A stretch of 64,000 nt of DNA from Gemmatimonas phototrophica (GTDB lineage: Bacteria > Latescibacterota > UBA2968 > UBA8231): the NCBI GenBank assembly GCA_945861755.1, contig CAMAVQ010000004.1, forward strand, positions 15,086-79,085. The letters are read 5' to 3'. The position numbers and the translations under genes were made by a program. Below the pieces are notes generated by a model. The model was not told the origin of the DNA, did not search any database, and saw only the letters and a list, made by a program, of their open reading frames with translations. Below are positions 19,581 through 28,377 of the stretch, one piece after another. Position 1 is the stretch's first letter, and the number at the start of each line of letters is the position of its first letter.

Positions 19581-20489
19581 ATGGGTATGAAATTACTGGT
19601 CACCGGCGCCCACGGCCTCCTGGGGCGCAGCCTGCTGGAGCCGGACTTTGACGCCGAGATGATCGGCTGCGGCCGTGGGGAAACCCCCGTGGGCAAAGGG
19701 GCGTACCACCCGGTCGAACTGACCGATCCTCGAGCAGTTCTTGCCCTCTTGGAAAAGGTGAGGCCCGACTGGGTTATCCACACCGCAGCCCTCACCGATG
19801 TGGACCGCTGCGAATCCGACCGACCACTGGCCCTGCAGATCAACCTGGACATTGTCCGCCATTTGGCCTCGGCCTGCCGGCAACTGAACCTGGGCCTGGT
19901 CCAGCTCTCCACCGACTATGTCTTCGACGGCCACAACGGCCCCTATAGCGAGCAGGACCCGACCAACCCGCTCTCTTACTATGGCGCGATCAAATTGCAG
20001 AGCGAAGGGGTGGTGCTACAGGAGGGTCTCAAAGGGCTGGTGCTGCGCACCTTGTGGCTCTACGGGTACCTCCCGGAGACCCGGCGCAACCTGGTGACCT
20101 GGCCCCTGGAAGCGCTGGCCCGGGGCGACCAATTGAAAATGGTGGACGACCAGTGGGGCAATCCCACCCACGTCCACGACCTGGCCCAGGTGCTGGTGGA
20201 GTTGTGCCGACGCCAGGTCCAGGGTCTTTTTCACCTGGGCGGGGCCACCTACCTGACGCGCTATCAGCTGACGCAGGAGCTGGCCCGCTTCTTTGGCTTG
20301 AACCCCGGCCTGGTGCATCCCATTTCCACCGCCGATGCCGCCCAAAAGGCACCCCGCCCGCTGCGCTCGGGGCTGCGCACCCAGGCCCTCGAATCGCTGC
20401 TGGACCACACCCCGCTGAGCCTATCCCAGGGCCTGGAGCGGCTGGCAGGCCAGGAAAACTTCCGCCGCGATTTTCCCAACTTTTTTTGA
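19581..20489 (+). CDS. rmlD: dTDP-4-dehydrorhamnose reductase
   Basis: 302 aa. LLVTGAHGLLG, STDYVFDG, YGAIKLQSE (YxxxK), DQWGNPT. This is the RmlD substrate-binding pattern. Confidence 0.85.
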   Translation: MGMKLLVTGAHGLLGRSLLEPDFDAEMIGCGRGETPVGKGAYHPVELTDPRAVLALLEKVRPDWVIHTAALTDVDRCESDRPLALQINLDIVRHLASACRQLNLGLVQLSTDYVFDGHNGPYSEQDPTNPLSYYGAIKLQSEGVVLQEGLKGLVLRTLWLYGYLPETRRNLVTWPLEALARGDQLKMVDDQWGNPTHVHDLAQVLVELCRRQVQGLFHLGGATYLTRYQLTQELARFFGLNPGLVHPISTADAAQKAPRPLRSGLRTQALESLLDHTPLSLSQGLERLAGQENFRRDFPNFF

Positions 20490-20505
20490 TCAGGCTGTCC
20501 GGGTC

Positions 20506-21246
20506 ATGACCGATACGCCTTTGCGGGTCTCGCTGATCACCCCCACCTACAACGAGTGCGAGAATATCGCCCTGCTGGCCCAGGAGATCTTCCAGGTCCT
20601 GGAAAAGTTTCCCGACATCGACCTGGAACTGATCGTGGTGGACGACAACTCCCCCGACGGGACCGGCCGGGCCGCCGAAGCCCTGGCCGCCCAGTATCCG
20701 GTGAAGGTGGTACACCGTCCCGGCAAGCTGGGCCTGGGCTCGGCGGTGATGGCCGGCTTTGCCCGCTCCGACCGTTCTCTCCTGGGGGTGATCGACGCCG
20801 ATCTGAGCCACGACCCGGCCATCCTGCCCCAGCTGATCCGCGGCCTGCAGGAGTACGACCTGACCTTTGGCAGCCGCTTCGGGGAGACCAGCATTGTCGA
20901 AGACTGGGCCTGGCACCGCAAGCTCATCTCCAAGGTGGGGGTGGGGGCCGCCCGGCTGCTGACCGGGGCCGAGGACCCGCTGGCCGGGTATTTCTTTTTG
21001 CACCGCGAGGTGATCGAGGGACTGCAGCTCACCTCCTCAGGGTACAAGATCTTCCTCGAAATCCTGGTCAAGGGACACTGGAGCCGGCATATGTCCGTGC
21101 CCTTTGTCTTCCGCAACCGCCAGTTCAGCAGCAGCAAGCTCAACGTGCGCGAGCACCTGCTTTTCGCCAAGCAGCTCCTCTATTTTAGTTTTTATCGCCT
21201 ATTCAGGAAGCGCCGGCCCTCCACCCGGGCCGGGGGCAGAACCTGA
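20506..21246 (+). CDS. GT2 glycosyltransferase, polyprenol-phosphate mannose/glucose synthase (Dpm1-like)
   Basis: 246 aa. SLITPTYNECENI...VVDDNSPDGT...DADLSHDP. Confidence 0.85.
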   Translation: MTDTPLRVSLITPTYNECENIALLAQEIFQVLEKFPDIDLELIVVDDNSPDGTGRAAEALAAQYPVKVVHRPGKLGLGSAVMAGFARSDRSLLGVIDADLSHDPAILPQLIRGLQEYDLTFGSRFGETSIVEDWAWHRKLISKVGVGAARLLTGAEDPLAGYFFLHREVIEGLQLTSSGYKIFLEILVKGHWSRHMSVPFVFRNRQFSSSKLNVREHLLFAKQLLYFSFYRLFRKRRPSTRAGGRT

Positions 21247-22928
21247 TGGACCTGAGCGTGGTGCTGGTCAGCTACAACACCCGCGACCTGCTGGAACAAG
21301 CGCTGCGCACCGCCCTGGAAGCAGCTGCCGGCCTGCAGCTCGAGGTGTTTGTGGTGGACAACGCCTCGCGCGACGGCAGCGCCGACCTGGTGGCCGAGAA
21401 ATTTCCCCAGGTCCGACTGATCCGCAGCCCCCGCAACCTGGGTTTTGCCGGCGGCAACAACCTGGCCCTCCGGCAGGTGCAGGGCCGCCACGTCCTCTTG
21501 CTCAACACCGACACGGTGGTACGCCGCGACACCCTGCGCTGCCTGGTCGACTTCCTCGACGCCCATCCCGAGGCTGGGGCCGTGGGCTGCAAGATCCTCA
21601 ACCCGGACGGCACCCTGCAACTGGCCTGCCGCCGCGGTTTCCCCACCCCGATGGCCGCCTTCTGCAAGGTCTCGGGACTCAGCCGCCTCTTCCCCCGCAG
21701 CCGGCGTCTGGCCGCCTACAACCTCACCTATCTCGACCCGGAACAGACCAACGAGGTGGACGCCCTCTCCGGCTCGTGTATGATGGTGCGCAAGGCGGCC
21801 ATGGGCCAGGTGGGCCTGCTGGACGAGGACTACTTCATGTACGGGGAGGACCTGGACTGGTGCTACCGCCTGCGCCAGGCCGGCTGGGCAATCTACTATG
21901 TACCCCACACCGCCATCGTCCACTTCAAGGGCGAGAGTGGCCGCGCCGAGCAGATGCGGGTGCGCTACCGCTTCTACGAGGCCATGTCCATTTTTGTGCG
22001 CAAACACATGCAGCAGCGCTACCGCTTCTTCCCGCTCTGGCTGCTGCACGTGGGCATCGTCCTGTATGGTCTGGGCTCCCTGGGGGTGCGCGTGGGCCGA
22101 CGCCTGGCCCTGCCTGCCCTGGATGGATTGTTGGTGCTGACCGGGCTCAAGTTGGGCATCGCCCTGCGCTACCACTCCCACCTCACCCCGCTCATCCGCA
22201 ATCTAGAAAACCTCTGCAACCAGTTGGGCATCGGGGTGCATCCCACCCGCTGGCTCACCCCGCCGCCCTACACTGACCTGCAGTGGTTCGTAGTCTATAC
22301 CGCCACCACTTCTACCTGGCTGCTGTCCTTCTACCTGCTGGGCCTGTACGACCGCCACCGCCTCTCCGCCACCCGCGCCGCCGGGGCGGTGACCGTGGGT
22401 TTTGCCGGGGTGGTGACGGTGGTCTTTTTCTTTAAGGCCTACAACTTTTCGCGACTGGCCGCCGGGGCGGCCTGGCTCTTCAACATCGCCCTGGTGGCCG
22501 GCTGGCGTTTGGCCGCCGGGCATCTGGATCAGGCCCGCCGCCTGGGTCGGCGGCGGCTGCTGGTGGTGGGCACCGAACCAGTGGTAGTCCAGTTTCTGGA
22601 ACATCTGAAGACCCATCCGCAGTGGGAAGTGGTGGGGCTGGTGGGATTGAGCCCGGAGTGGCGCGGGCAGCTGCTGGCCGACAAGCAGGTGCTGGGCCTG
22701 GTGGAGGAGTTGCCCCAGCTGCTGCGCGACTACGAGATCACCGAACTGGTCTTCACCGAAAGCACCCTGGCCCACGCCCTGCCCCAGGCCCGGCAGGCCC
22801 GGCAGGGCTGGCGGCGCCGGCGGCTGCGCATCCACATGCTGCCTGGGTCCTTTGCCGAGTTGGCGGCCAGACGATCCCCAACTTCACCTGCCGAGTTGCC
22901 CCTGATCGAGATTTCCACCCGGCGCTAG
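21246..22928 (+). CDS. GT2 glycosyltransferase fused to the membrane + CoA-binding-like N-terminal module of a WbaP-type phosphoglycosyltransferase (Bac_transf catalytic domain absent)
   Basis: 560 aa. N-terminus VVLVSYNTRD...VVDNASRDGS...NTDT is GT2. About 5 TM helices follow, including LLSFYLLGLYDR. Then RRLLVVGTEPVVVQFLEHL...VVGLVG...VLGLVEELPQLLRDYEITELVFTE is Rossmann/CoA_binding_3-like. The ORF stops at ...ELPLIEISTRR. Confidence 0.7.
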   Translation: MDLSVVLVSYNTRDLLEQALRTALEAAAGLQLEVFVVDNASRDGSADLVAEKFPQVRLIRSPRNLGFAGGNNLALRQVQGRHVLLLNTDTVVRRDTLRCLVDFLDAHPEAGAVGCKILNPDGTLQLACRRGFPTPMAAFCKVSGLSRLFPRSRRLAAYNLTYLDPEQTNEVDALSGSCMMVRKAAMGQVGLLDEDYFMYGEDLDWCYRLRQAGWAIYYVPHTAIVHFKGESGRAEQMRVRYRFYEAMSIFVRKHMQQRYRFFPLWLLHVGIVLYGLGSLGVRVGRRLALPALDGLLVLTGLKLGIALRYHSHLTPLIRNLENLCNQLGIGVHPTRWLTPPPYTDLQWFVVYTATTSTWLLSFYLLGLYDRHRLSATRAAGAVTVGFAGVVTVVFFFKAYNFSRLAAGAAWLFNIALVAGWRLAAGHLDQARRLGRRRLLVVGTEPVVVQFLEHLKTHPQWEVVGLVGLSPEWRGQLLADKQVLGLVEELPQLLRDYEITELVFTESTLAHALPQARQARQGWRRRRLRIHMLPGSFAELAARRSPTSPAELPLIEISTRR

Positions 22929-22999
22929 GGACCGGCATACTACTTGCCGGGAACTGGTCTTTGGGTGTATGTTCTGCTTTTCTTGGTGGAAGACGCCTC

Positions 23000-24784
23000 A
23001 TGTCACCTCTCAGACGCCTGATTATCGCCGGCTGCGCGGTCCTGGCCATCCTCGGACTGGTGGAATCCCACCATCAGAGTGGGGCTGCAGGTGAGGAGCG
23101 CCCGGAGCTGAGGCTGATCGCCGAGGTGCGCGATAAGATCCACCGCTACTACGTAGAGCCCGTGGACAGCCTGCTGGTCATCGAAGGCGCCGTCGACGGC
23201 ATGGTCGAGGCTGTGGCCCAGGGAGAAGAGGGGATCCAGGACTCCAGCGCCCTTGCCGAGGTGGACAGCTTGTTGCGAGTACACGCCCCACTGAGCAACC
23301 GCCGCCAGTTGGAGCTGCTGGCCCATACCCTCGATCAATTGAGCCACAGTCGCCAGATGCCCTACCCGGCTGACTCGCTGGCCCGCGCGGCCGTCGGGGG
23401 CATGCTGATCGCCCTCGACCCCCACTCCAGCTACCTCGACCCGCAGGAGTCCGAGGAGATGGTGGAGCGTTTCCAGGCCCACTTCGAGGGCATCGGCATC
23501 TACTTCGACATCCACCAGGGCCAACTGGTGGTCATCTCCCCCATCGAGGGTTCTCCCTCTTATGGAAAGCTGCGGGCCGGCGACCACATCACGGCCATCG
23601 ACGGGATCTCCACCGAAGGCATCACCGCCGACCAAGTGATGCAGAAACTGCGCGGCCCCCGCGGCACCCAGGTGCGGGTGAGCGTGGCCCGGCCCGGCAC
23701 CGACGATCAACTCGAAATCGCCTTGACCCGCGACCGCATCCCGGTGCATAGCGTGCCCTACGCCTTTATGCTGGGCGAGGGAAACGGTTATATCCGCATC
23801 ACCCGCTTCGCCGAGCAGACCGGCGAGGAACTGGGCCAGGCCCTGAACCAGCTCAAAGCCCAGGGCATGGAGCGGCTGGTGCTGGACCTGCGGGGCAATG
23901 GCGGGGGGTTCCTCTCCCAGGCAGTTGAGGTGGCCGACTATTTCCTCGACCGGGGCCAGTTGATCGTCTACACCGAGGGCCGCGAAATCGGATCGCGCCT
24001 CGACTACCAGGACCAGAACCCCCTGAAGGACGATCCCCTCTCCCTGGTGGTGATGATCGACCACGGCAGCGCCAGCGCCTCCGAGATCGTCGCCGGCGCC
24101 ATCCAGGACCTGGATCTGGGCTTGATCGTGGGTCAGACCAGCTTTGGCAAAGGACTGGTGCAGGAGCAATTTCCCCTCTCCAACAACGGGCTGCTACTCT
24201 TGACCGTGGCGCGCTATTTCACCCCGCTGGGCCGGCTGATCCAACGCCCCTACACCAAGGATGTGGCAGCCTACATCGAAGAGGGCTTGGACACGCTGGA
24301 CGAAAATGCCGTGGACAGTCTGCACACCGACGCCCAGATCTTCCACACCGCCCAGGGCCGGTCCGTGTACGGGGGGGGCGGTATCACCCCGGACGTGTTC
24401 CTCAAAACCACGCCGCTGTCCAGCTTTGCAGAAGACGTGCTCGCGGAGGGGGCGGTCTTCGATTTCGGCAGCGGCTGGGTGGGCCGCCACCACGACTGGC
24501 CGGCCCGCTTCGAGGACTTCCTCGGCCACTACCAGGTCTCTGGTCAGGCCTTGGCCGAATTTCTCACCTTCCTCAGGGAAAAGAAAAAGATCCAGGTGGA
24601 GGACAGCACCTATGCGGCCCACCGGCCCTTTCTTGCGGGCGAACTGAAAGCTGAATTTGCCCGCGGTCTGTGGGGGGACGAAGAGCGCTACCGGATCCTG
24701 CTGGAAAGCGACGAGGAAGTGGCCCAGGCGCTCGGACTCTTCGACCAGGCCGATGCCCTGCGCCTGGCCCACACCAATCCCTGA
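23000..24784 (+). CDS. ctpA: C-terminal processing peptidase, family S41 (PDZ-containing)
   Basis: Start at ATG 23000 (MSPLRRLIIAGCAVLAI, signal/anchor). PDZ region GIGIYFDI...VISPIEGSPSYGKLRAGDHITAIDG. S41 core DLRGNGGG...IDHGSASASEI...TSFGKG. Confidence 0.85.
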   Translation: MSPLRRLIIAGCAVLAILGLVESHHQSGAAGEERPELRLIAEVRDKIHRYYVEPVDSLLVIEGAVDGMVEAVAQGEEGIQDSSALAEVDSLLRVHAPLSNRRQLELLAHTLDQLSHSRQMPYPADSLARAAVGGMLIALDPHSSYLDPQESEEMVERFQAHFEGIGIYFDIHQGQLVVISPIEGSPSYGKLRAGDHITAIDGISTEGITADQVMQKLRGPRGTQVRVSVARPGTDDQLEIALTRDRIPVHSVPYAFMLGEGNGYIRITRFAEQTGEELGQALNQLKAQGMERLVLDLRGNGGGFLSQAVEVADYFLDRGQLIVYTEGREIGSRLDYQDQNPLKDDPLSLVVMIDHGSASASEIVAGAIQDLDLGLIVGQTSFGKGLVQEQFPLSNNGLLLLTVARYFTPLGRLIQRPYTKDVAAYIEEGLDTLDENAVDSLHTDAQIFHTAQGRSVYGGGGITPDVFLKTTPLSSFAEDVLAEGAVFDFGSGWVGRHHDWPARFEDFLGHYQVSGQALAEFLTFLREKKKIQVEDSTYAAHRPFLAGELKAEFARGLWGDEERYRILLESDEEVAQALGLFDQADALRLAHTNP

Positions 24785-24858
24785 GTTGACCTGGGGGGGG
24801 TATATTTTGTTAGTTTATGGGCGCGCGCGGCACCAGCGCCCGCTGCGGAGGATAAAAG

Positions 24859-25566
24859 ATGAGTGAACAGCGACTACAGGTGGCAGGTGGCCGAGAGATC
24901 GTCCTGCCCATGAGCAAGGCGGTGGAGATCAGCATCCGGAGCCTGAAAATCCGCTTTGGCCGCTCCCTGATCACCACCAGCGGCATCATCCTGGCCATCG
25001 CCTTTCTGATGTCCGTGTGGAGCAGCAATGCCCTGATCGGCAGCCTCAAGGACGCCAACAAGAGCGAGATCAACCTCCTGCTCCAGAAGAACGGCATCGA
25101 AACCGGTTCTGCTGAGGGAGGCCGATCTTCGGCCGAAGCCCAGGCTCAGGCCCAGGAGGAGCGCTCCAAGCAGAGCTGGCTCATCGGCCTGTCCCTGCTG
25201 GTGTGTGTGGTGGGCATCGCCAACGCCATGCTCATGTCGGTGACCGAACGCTTCCGCGAGATCGGCACCATGAAGTGCCTGGGCGCCCTGGATTCCTTCA
25301 TCATCAAGCTCTTCCTGCTCGAATCCACCTTCCAGGGCGTGGTCGGCACCAGCATCGGCATTGTCATCGGCCTGTTGATGACCCTGGGCCTGACCCTGCT
25401 GGCGTATGGCAGCTACGTGTTCACCTACTTCCCGGTGGGGGAAATCTTGCAGTCGATGTTGGCCTCGCTGGTGGCCGGCACCCTGCTCTCGCTGGTGGGG
25501 GCCATGCTGCCGGCGTACAAGGCGGCCAAAATGGAGCCCGTCGAAGCCATGCGTTCGGACACCTGA
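24859..25566 (+). CDS. Small FtsX-like ABC transporter permease
   Basis: 235 aa. RFGRSLITTSGIILAIAFLM (TM1), a ~90-aa loop, then three C-terminal TM helices with ERFREIGTMKCLGA, the FtsX signature. Confidence 0.8.
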   Translation: MSEQRLQVAGGREIVLPMSKAVEISIRSLKIRFGRSLITTSGIILAIAFLMSVWSSNALIGSLKDANKSEINLLLQKNGIETGSAEGGRSSAEAQAQAQEERSKQSWLIGLSLLVCVVGIANAMLMSVTERFREIGTMKCLGALDSFIIKLFLLESTFQGVVGTSIGIVIGLLMTLGLTLLAYGSYVFTYFPVGEILQSMLASLVAGTLLSLVGAMLPAYKAAKMEPVEAMRSDT

Positions 25567-25580
25567 GAGGAGCGGAGGAG

Positions 25581-26342
25581 ATGGCGGAAGAAAAGGCCCA
25601 GGCCGAAGAACAGCGCACCGTGGTGCGCACCCAGCAAGTCAAGAAGATCTACCGCATGGGCAATACCGAAGTCCACGCCCTGCGCGGGGTAGATCTGGAA
25701 ATTTACACCGGCGAGTACCTCTCGCTCATGGGACCCTCGGGCTCGGGCAAGAGCACCTTGTTCAACATGGTCGGCGGCCTGGACAAACCCTCCGAAGGCA
25801 AGGTCTACATCGACGAAGTGGACGTGGCCCAGCTCGACGCCTACGAGCTGGCCTGGCTGCGCTGCCGCAAGATCGGCTACATCTTCCAGTCTTTCAACCT
25901 GATCCCAGTGATGACCGCTCTGGAGAACGTCACCCTGCCCATGGTTTTCGCCGGCCTAACCAGCGACGAGTCGCGCGACAAAGGCATGGTACTGCTCCAG
26001 AAGGTAGGCCTAGGGGATCGGCACTCCCACAAGCCCTACGAGCTTTCGGGTGGCCAGCAACAGCGCGTGGCCGTGGCCCGGGCCCTGGCCAACGATCCAG
26101 CCGTGGTGCTGGCCGACGAGCCCACCGCCAACCTGGATTTGCGCACCGGCACCGAGATCATCGAGCTGCTCAAGGAGATGAATGAGACCTCCGGGGTGAC
26201 CATCATCTCGGCCACCCACGATCACAAGATGCTCAGTATCTCGGACCGGGTGGTGTGGATCAAGGACGGCCAGATAGAACGCGTCGCCCTGCGCAAGGAC
26301 CTGGATATCGAGGTGGTGCAGGTAGCCGGGGAAGAGCAATAG
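25581..26342 (+). CDS. ABC transporter ATP-binding protein (MacB/LolD type)
   Basis: Start at ATG 25581 after GGAGCGGAGGAG. Walker [10 protein letters not shown], signature [15 protein letters not shown], Walker B VVLADEPT. Confidence 0.9.
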   Translation: MAEEKAQAEEQRTVVRTQQVKKIYRMGNTEVHALRGVDLEIYTGEYLSLMGPSGSGKSTLFNMVGGLDKPSEGKVYIDEVDVAQLDAYELAWLRCRKIGYIFQSFNLIPVMTALENVTLPMVFAGLTSDESRDKGMVLLQKVGLGDRHSHKPYELSGGQQQRVAVARALANDPAVVLADEPTANLDLRTGTEIIELLKEMNETSGVTIISATHDHKMLSISDRVVWIKDGQIERVALRKDLDIEVVQVAGEEQ

Positions 26343-26365
26343 ATAGGAAGCACAAACACGTGTCT

Positions 26366-26402
26366 AACCGGCGGGGATCTGAATCCCTGCCGGTTTTTTT
26401 GT
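26366..26402 (+). terminator. Rho-independent terminator after the ABC ATPase gene
   Basis: AACCGGCGGGGA-tctgaa-TCCCTGCCGGTT followed by TTTTTTT. A 12-bp stem with one mismatch. Confidence 0.75.
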
Positions 26403-26434
26403 GGACGCCCTTTCGGTCGAAGCAATCCCTTTTT

Positions 26435-26450
26435 TCGACCTTTTGGTCGA
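26435..26450. promoter_or_regulatory. Perfect palindrome TCGACC-TTTT-GGTCGA, candidate enhancer (UAS) for a sigma54 activator
   Basis: 6-4-6 inverted repeat centred 109.5 bp upstream of the GG of the -24 element at 26552. An extra GGTCGA half-site lies at 26415-26420. Confidence 0.6.
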
Positions 26451-26550
26451 GATTCGGGGTACCCTGAAAGGGGCCGAATTTCTTTCGATATAGAAGGAAC
26501 CGTATTAGTTTTGGGATGTTAGCCCGCCAGTCGCCCTGCATCCTCCCGGC

Positions 26551-26565
26551 TGGCACCCCTTTTGC
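26551..26565 (+). promoter_or_regulatory. sigma54 -24/-12 promoter (TGGCAC-CCCTT-TTGC)
   Basis: Matches the consensus TGGCAC-N5-TTGC exactly in both conserved blocks and in spacing. It lies 41 nt upstream of ATG 26606. Confidence 0.7.
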
Positions 26566-26605
26566 CCCATCTCGACCACTGGTCATACATCGAGGAGGTG
26601 GTGCC

Positions 26606-27289
26606 ATGAGATTTTGCGGAGTGCTGATGGCGCTCTTGGCCTTGGCCTCCCCAGCTCTAGCCCAACCGGCAGCCCCCCCGCCCGCCAGTCAGCAGAACAC
26701 CCCTGACAAAAAAGAGGCGTTTCTAGGCTTTGTCGACGCCGATCGCGACGGCATCAACGACCGGTTCCGCGACGCCGAAGGCGACGGCCGAGACGACGTC
26801 AGCGGCAAGACCTACCCCCACCGCTTTGCCTTTGTCGACCAGAACAAGGACGGGGTCAACGATCTGTTTGTCGATCGCAACGGGGACGGGGTCAACGACC
26901 TGAATGCCGAATGCGGCCAGAGCGAGGATGGGGGCTGTGCCAATGTGGTGGACCAGGACCGCAACGGCGTCAACGATATCACCGGCCTGCGCTACACCAG
27001 GAATTCGCTGCGCGGCTACCGCTACGGACGGATCGCCGAAGAGTTGCGCCAGCCCCTGCCGCGTTTTGTGGACCAGGACGGAGACGGGATGAACGACCTG
27101 ATCCAGCGTTTCTTCAACCGCATGGAAATGGACGGTCATCCGCCCTTCGACCGCTTCATCGACGAAGACGGGGACGGCATCAACGACAACCGCCCCCACC
27201 CCCGGCCCTTTGACCGGGATGGGATGAACCACGGCGACCGGCCACCCCATCCCCGCCGGCCTCCGCCCAGGGGGGGACCGCATCGATGA
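26606..27289 (+). CDS. Secreted protein with seven EF-hand-like DxDxDG(x)ND calcium-binding loops and a Pro/Arg/His-rich tail
   Basis: ATG 26606 after GAGGAGG. Signal peptide MRFCGVLMALLALASPALA. Loops DADRDGIND, DAEGDGRDD, DQNKDGVND, DRNGDGVND, DQDRNGVND, DQDGDGMND, DEDGDGIND. Confidence 0.8.
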   Translation: MRFCGVLMALLALASPALAQPAAPPPASQQNTPDKKEAFLGFVDADRDGINDRFRDAEGDGRDDVSGKTYPHRFAFVDQNKDGVNDLFVDRNGDGVNDLNAECGQSEDGGCANVVDQDRNGVNDITGLRYTRNSLRGYRYGRIAEELRQPLPRFVDQDGDGMNDLIQRFFNRMEMDGHPPFDRFIDEDGDGINDNRPHPRPFDRDGMNHGDRPPHPRRPPPRGGPHR

Positions 27290-28377
27290 TCGTCCTGATC
27301 GCCGCCCTGCTCCTCAGCCTGAGCGCAGCCTTAGCCCAGCCCGCAGTGCGCCTCAATCTCTACTCCAGCTACACCGACAACCTGTTCCAGTCCAGCCAAC
27401 GCGATGCCGACTGGGTTGAGTTGCTGTACGTGGACCTGGACTGGGGATTGAGCGGCAACACGGGCCTATACTACACGGGCAATGCCAGCCTGTTCCGCCA
27501 ATACCGCGAGTTGTTCAACCACGCCCATGTCCTGGGCCTGAACTACGGCCGCGCCGGGCAGGCCGGCGAGTTGCATGCCGGCGCCACCCTCTCGACCCGT
27601 CTGGACCGCCGACGCTACGACTACCGCGATTTTGCCGGGGGCAGCGCCTTCGTCGAGGCCAAGCGCTATCTGCGGGAGGATCTGTTGGTGCGGACCGGCT
27701 ACACCCTGCGTTTGCAGGAGTACCTCAATGTCAGCCGTCAGAGCTACGTGGAGCAGAACGCCACGGCCCGGCTGACCCGCTTTTTGCCCAGCCGCACCAC
27801 GCTGGAGCTGCGCGCCGAACTGGGCGTCAAGTCGTACCTGAGGCGGGGTGAGGGAGAGTTCTTCGGCGCCGAGCGGGGACGGCATCTGGTCCAGGGCTTG
27901 GGCGGCCTGAAGCTGGCCCAGTCCCTGGGCGGCCGCACCGGCCTCCAGCTCGAATACACCCGCCAGCACAGCTTTTCGGGGCAGGGCCGCTTAGTACAGG
28001 TCGAAGATCTGTTCCAGATGCTCCGGGGCGATACCGCTGCCGCTGTCCTCTATTTCGACCTCAGCGCCCCCGTCTGCCCGGCGCCGCGTGGTCACCCGGA
28101 TCTGGCCGCTCTGGGTGGCTTCCACGGCATTGCTCAACAGATTCTGCACCGCCTGGACAAACTGGTCGGGGTCCAGTTGCCAGGTCCCCACCCCGCCGTA
28201 CTGGCGTTCCACCCGCAATCCCTTGGCCCGGGCCCGGGGTTCCTGGGCGGCCACTGCCTGTTCCACAATTTCCTCCAGATTCGCTGGGCGCCGCGCCAGC
28301 GCCGGCGGGCGGGCCAGGCTGAGAAAATCCCTGACGATGCGGTTGACCCGCCCCACCTCGCCGCGCACCACCTTTAG
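27286..28377 (+). CDS. Signal-peptide protein with outer-membrane beta-barrel-like strand pattern; native 3' end apparently missing
   Basis: ATGA overlap with the upstream gene. MIVLIAALLLSLSAALA, then alternating-strand sequence to about ...GLQLEYTRQHSFSGQG (about 27985). Beyond that the frame only stays open antisense to the kinase gene. Confidence 0.5.
   Translation: MIVLIAALLLSLSAALAQPAVRLNLYSSYTDNLFQSSQRDADWVELLYVDLDWGLSGNTGLYYTGNASLFRQYRELFNHAHVLGLNYGRAGQAGELHAGATLSTRLDRRRYDYRDFAGGSAFVEAKRYLREDLLVRTGYTLRLQEYLNVSRQSYVEQNATARLTRFLPSRTTLELRAELGVKSYLRRGEGEFFGAERGRHLVQGLGGLKLAQSLGGRTGLQLEYTRQHSFSGQGRLVQVEDLFQMLRGDTAAAVLYFDLSAPVCPAPRGHPDLAALGGFHGIAQQILHRLDKLVGVQLPGPHPAVLAFHPQSLGPGPGFLGGHCLFHNFLQIRWAPRQRRRAGQAEKIPDDAVDPPHLAAHHL

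Noticed and set aside
24786-24816. A G8 homopolymer next to a TTGACC hexamer upstream of the FtsX/ABC pair. I considered a phase-variable promoter spacer.
   Set aside because: No -10 hexamer lies at a workable distance (TATATT is only 9 nt from the -35). G-runs of this length are not surprising at this GC content.
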